Below, in pieces: positions 60,904-64,000 of a stretch of 64,000 nt of DNA. This DNA comes from an uncultured Thermoanaerobaculia bacterium (lineage in GTDB: Bacteria > Acidobacteriota > Thermoanaerobaculia > Multivoradales > CAZRFU01). Position numbers and translations under genes: made by a program. Positions within the stretch are counted from its first letter, which is position 1. Every line of letters starts with the position of its first letter. The stretch spans positions 17,619-81,618 of the forward strand of contig CAZRFU010000016.1 in NCBI GenBank assembly GCA_964599475.1, given 5' to 3'. The notes under the pieces are model-generated. The model did not search any database, was not told the DNA's origin, and saw only the letters and a program-made list of their open reading frames with translations.

Positions 60904-62786
60904 TCGGCGGTTGACGTCTGGATGGGGCCGATCATCGTGGCTACCTGACCAACACCCTCGTCCGCCACGGCAGGAACGGCTGCTGGTGGCTCCGCGGCAA
61001 AGAACTTCTCCACCTCCTTGACTAGAGGTGCAAACCCGACAAAGGCATCATTCAGCGCCTGGCCGGAGAGCCCGCACACGTACCTTGCTAGCTTCCCTTT
61101 CGCGAAGGGCTTGAGTTGTCTAGTCAACAGCAAGAGTTCGTCCTTGCTAGCGTTCTTCGACCGACAGTAGTTCTCGAACGTGTCATCAAGTGCGGTGAAC
61201 TTGTTCAAGGCAACGGCTTCGGATCGCTCGATGAGCCACCCTTTCTGCTCGGCGTACCTCCAGACCTCGATGGGGAAGAGTTCTTCCAACGCTATCGGCA
61301 GCAGGAGGCCTTTTCTTGCTATTGCCACCAGAGCATGGGGCTTGTACGCCCCGAGGAGCAAGGCCTTGATTCTATGCCTTCCATTTTCGCGGAGGAACGC
61401 TTGATTCGAACTCTTGACACGGTCGTTGTTCACCACCGCGCTTTTTGCCTCGCGGCCCGCATCATCGTCGTCGAATAAGCCTAGTGCAAGATGCGAAGTT
61501 CGGCTGTGTGCCCAAGAAATGAGCATGTCCTTAACCCAGGGGGCTCCGGCCTGGTCTTCGCTTCGTACAGTCGCCCGTTCCAGGACAGTGGGGGCCAACA
61601 GCTCCAGGGCCCTCGTGAAGACCCGAGCATCGGATGTACCTTCGACGAAGAGAGCAGGGCTAGCGATGTGGTTGGTCCTTTGAAGGATCGCGAGCGCTCG
61701 CTCCCGACTCTCGACGGCCTCGGCAATCATCGGGGCAACGACCGGCATGAGGCCGACGTGTTCGTCAAGTTCATGCATCTCGTTTGAGGCCAGCGTTTTG
61801 ACCTGAGTGGCACCGTCCTCGCCACTGCCAGAGACGAGGAAGGGAGTCACTGTAGGTGAGGATCTGGCCAGCGAATAGAAAGCTGGCGAGTGCGTGGTAG
61901 CGAAAATCTGGATCTCCTTGCTGTAGGCGACGCACTCGCTCGCAAGTTCGGCCGCCTTGAGCATTTCAAGATTGTTCTCAGGCTCCTCGAAGCCCCAAAT
62001 CGTCTGGACCTGCGGACTACCCTTGACTCGCCGTGTTCGCGACTGCTGGGCTAGGTAGTGCAGGAGGATCGGAATGTGGCGCGCCTTGACTCCGTCGCCC
62101 CGGAGGCCCAGCGGCACTCCGAGCGGGCCGTCCGATTGGAACTCAAGCCGCGAGAACAGCTCGCGAAGGTCGGCGGGTAGCTGGATCGTGCTCTTGATGC
62201 CAAGCTTGGCTTCGATCTCAGCAAGGGCGGCCTGCGTCTTCTCGTTGATGGTGGAGGTGAAGCCGCCAGAAGCCGCGCGAATGTCCGCGGCGACCGTGCC
62301 GACGAGGACATCGTGAAGGCCCCGAAGTAGTGTCTGGAAGTAGTCGCTGCCTTTCACGGCAGGTACGTACTCGAACCGCACGGAGTTGAGGAATGCCGGA
62401 ACCTTTGATCGCGGCTTGAGTTGGCTCCCGTCGAGGTGTCGAAGCTCGTTTCCAGGCTCATGGTGCCCGCCAGAACGCCACACCTTTCGCCAGAGGATCT
62501 CGGACGCGTCGTAGGAGGGGGGGAGCCTCATAGTTAGAGTTACACGAACCTCTTTGGCCTTGTTCGACGGGGTCCTCGCGTGTTTGCTGAAGTCGCGGTC
62601 AAACACGAAGGGGCTCGCGGCGGCAGTGCCGTTGAAGAACAAGTCGAGGGCACGAAGGATGTTCGATTTGCCGACATCGTTCAGGCCTACGAATAGATTG
62701 AGCCGGTTGGTCCGGAAGTCCTCGTTGAGGATGGAGCGGTAGTTCTGAATCCGGACAGACGTGATCTGCATTCCGTCGACCGCCAT
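60900..62786 (-). CDS. OLD-family ABC-ATPase + TOPRIM nuclease (OLD/PARIS-like), about 628 aa
   Basis: Start ATG 62786 after GAGGAG; N-terminus QITSVRIQNYRSI...VGLNDVGKSNILRALDLFF (AAA_15/OLD Walker A); ATTHSP; TOPRIM-like VEGTSDARVF and FDDDDAG; ATGA overlap with the hsdR fragment. Confidence 0.75.
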   Translation of the reverse strand: MAVDGMQITSVRIQNYRSILNEDFRTNRLNLFVGLNDVGKSNILRALDLFFNGTAAASPFVFDRDFSKHARTPSNKAKEVRVTLTMRLPPSYDASEILWRKVWRSGGHHEPGNELRHLDGSQLKPRSKVPAFLNSVRFEYVPAVKGSDYFQTLLRGLHDVLVGTVAADIRAASGGFTSTINEKTQAALAEIEAKLGIKSTIQLPADLRELFSRLEFQSDGPLGVPLGLRGDGVKARHIPILLHYLAQQSRTRRVKGSPQVQTIWGFEEPENNLEMLKAAELASECVAYSKEIQIFATTHSPAFYSLARSSPTVTPFLVSGSGEDGATQVKTLASNEMHELDEHVGLMPVVAPMIAEAVESRERALAILQRTNHIASPALFVEGTSDARVFTRALELLAPTVLERATVRSEDQAGAPWVKDMLISWAHSRTSHLALGLFDDDDAGREAKSAVVNNDRVKSSNQAFLRENGRHRIKALLLGAYKPHALVAIARKGLLLPIALEELFPIEVWRYAEQKGWLIERSEAVALNKFTALDDTFENYCRSKNASKDELLLLTRQLKPFAKGKLARYVCGLSGQALNDAFVGFAPLVKEVEKFFAAEPPAAVPAVADEGVGQVATMIGPIQTSTAE

Positions 62787-62791
62787 TCTGG

Positions 62792-64000
62792 TTACTCCTC
62801 GAAGAAGGCTCTTCCACCAAGTAGTTCTGGCAACAAGGCTTCGCGCTGTCCGGCGAGAAGGTGACCTTCGGCCGCACGGCTCTCTGCCATGGCCAACAGG
62901 GGGCTTACCCTGTCGGTGAATGCGTGGGCCAAAGCGGTCGGTGGAATCAGGCACGGCAGGGCGAAGGCATCTTCGGGCCTAACGCGCTGATGGCTCCCCG
63001 TCGTGCCAGTCACGAGTGAGGCATAGGCGGTTGAGAACGGTTGGCTTGTGAAGAGCGAATAGAGAAACTCACTCGAAGCGCTAGTGGCTGGCTCGACCAC
63101 GATGAATTCGGTCGAGCAGACGGACGGGCGAGAACCGTGGAGCTTGGCAGGGAACCACACGCGAGGGATGTGAGGGTTGAGCTTGGACAACAGCACGGCG
63201 CCTTGGGGAACCGCGAACTTGTTGCTTCGGATGGCTGCCCCAAGCTCTACCTTCGGTTTCCGGCCATCGTCGAAGGCAGGGAGGCTGTAGTGGTCGAACT
63301 GCTCGCCCGGGCACAGGCCTGGGTTCAACGAGGCCTTTCCAACGGTCGCCAACTCGGAAAGGGGGCCGGTTCTCCACCCGCGTGGAATCCGCCCGAGGTC
63401 GGAGTCTTGGAAGGAGTCGGGGAAGAGGGCGGCGGTTTCGGGGTCGAGGCCGGGGGGGTGGCGGCCGTCGAGTTTGGCGCGGACGGGGTCGAAGTCGACG
63501 AACCAGCTCTGGAAGAGCGCCCGCGCCATGGCCTCGAGGGTGGCGTTCATGCGGCGGTTGAGCTCGATCTTGTCGTCGAGGGCGCCGAGGGTCTCCGCGA
63601 TCAGCCTCTGATGACCGATGGGCGGCACAGTGATCTTTAGTCGGCGTTGGTCGGTAAGGCTCAGGTAGGGGGCCATGTCCGTTGAGGCCTTCATCCCGGA
63701 GAGCTGCTCGCTGAACTCGCGCCCGCAGGCCCAGTAGCGCAGGAACCCGCTGTCCAGACGATCAAGGTCGCGACTTCGCCAGTAGCTCAGGTGGGGCGAA
63801 TAGACGAAGGGAGGCATTCGTGGAGTAACGAACGAGGTTCGACCAGTGCTGTTGCCTTTCGTCGTGATGATCGTGTCGCCGACGCGGGACATCTTCGGTC
63901 GCACCTTTTCGAAGAGGTGCTCGTGGAAATGCTCAACCCCAGAGAAGTCGATGTGGCTGTCAGTGACGTGGCCGGCACGAAGGAAGATTGGACCGTTGCC
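62792..64000 (-). CDS. hsdS: Type I R-M specificity subunit HsdS, 5'-partial (continues beyond window end)
   Basis: Central conserved region LTDQRRLKITVPPIGHQRLIAETLGALDDKIELNRRMNATLEAMARALFQSWFVDFDPV; frame stays open upstream of 63904 to position 64000. Confidence 0.8.
   Translation of the reverse strand, partial: GNGPIFLRAGHVTDSHIDFSGVEHFHEHLFEKVRPKMSRVGDTIITTKGNSTGRTSFVTPRMPPFVYSPHLSYWRSRDLDRLDSGFLRYWACGREFSEQLSGMKASTDMAPYLSLTDQRRLKITVPPIGHQRLIAETLGALDDKIELNRRMNATLEAMARALFQSWFVDFDPVRAKLDGRHPPGLDPETAALFPDSFQDSDLGRIPRGWRTGPLSELATVGKASLNPGLCPGEQFDHYSLPAFDDGRKPKVELGAAIRSNKFAVPQGAVLLSKLNPHIPRVWFPAKLHGSRPSVCSTEFIVVEPATSASSEFLYSLFTSQPFSTAYASLVTGTTGSHQRVRPEDAFALPCLIPPTALAHAFTDRVSPLLAMAESRAAEGHLLAGQREALLPELLGGRAFFEE

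Overview
This is a high-GC (about 68-70%) bacterial chromosomal segment. The gene content (PknB-type kinases with TPR tails, TIGR02999-like ECF sigma factors, Pmp-repeat beta-helix proteins, mglBA) is reminiscent of Acidobacteria, Gemmatimonadota or Myxococcota, but that is a guess. All calls come from reading the sequence and the supplied ORF translations; no database searches were run.

Layout:
- 1-13.1 kb: accessory module with two complete ECF-sigma / Ser-Thr-kinase pairs plus the 3' end of a third TPR-tailed protein. These are interleaved with three signal-peptide proteins that share a short conserved C-terminal tag (F-x-D-G-F-E-[ST]-G-[DN]-T-x-[AS]-W-S). A fourth copy of the tag sits out of frame at the end of kinase 2.
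- 13-52 kb: mostly housekeeping. crcB operon, F1Fo ATP synthase atpF'-F-H-A-G-D-C, fhs, ABC transporter, c-di-GMP proteins, mglBA, yvcK-glmU-glmS-uvrD, MarR-GNAT divergent from sbcDC, C25-like peptidase. This stretch is punctuated by a small MITE-like repeat family with heptamer-repeat (GGTACCN) inverted termini.
- 54.5-64 kb: Type I restriction-modification locus (hsdS, hsdR) on the minus strand. A markedly lower-GC gene for an OLD/PARIS-like ABC-ATPase + TOPRIM nuclease sits between hsdS and hsdR, the position PrrC occupies in the E. coli prr locus. hsdR has been split by a roughly 2.75 kb cassette (IS200-like Y1 transposase/RAYT, REP-type palindromic repeat clusters, a passenger GT-C-like membrane protein) flanked by a 390-bp direct duplication of the hsdR 5' end.

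Many long ORFs in the supplied track are antisense or GC-driven artefacts. They were not called.
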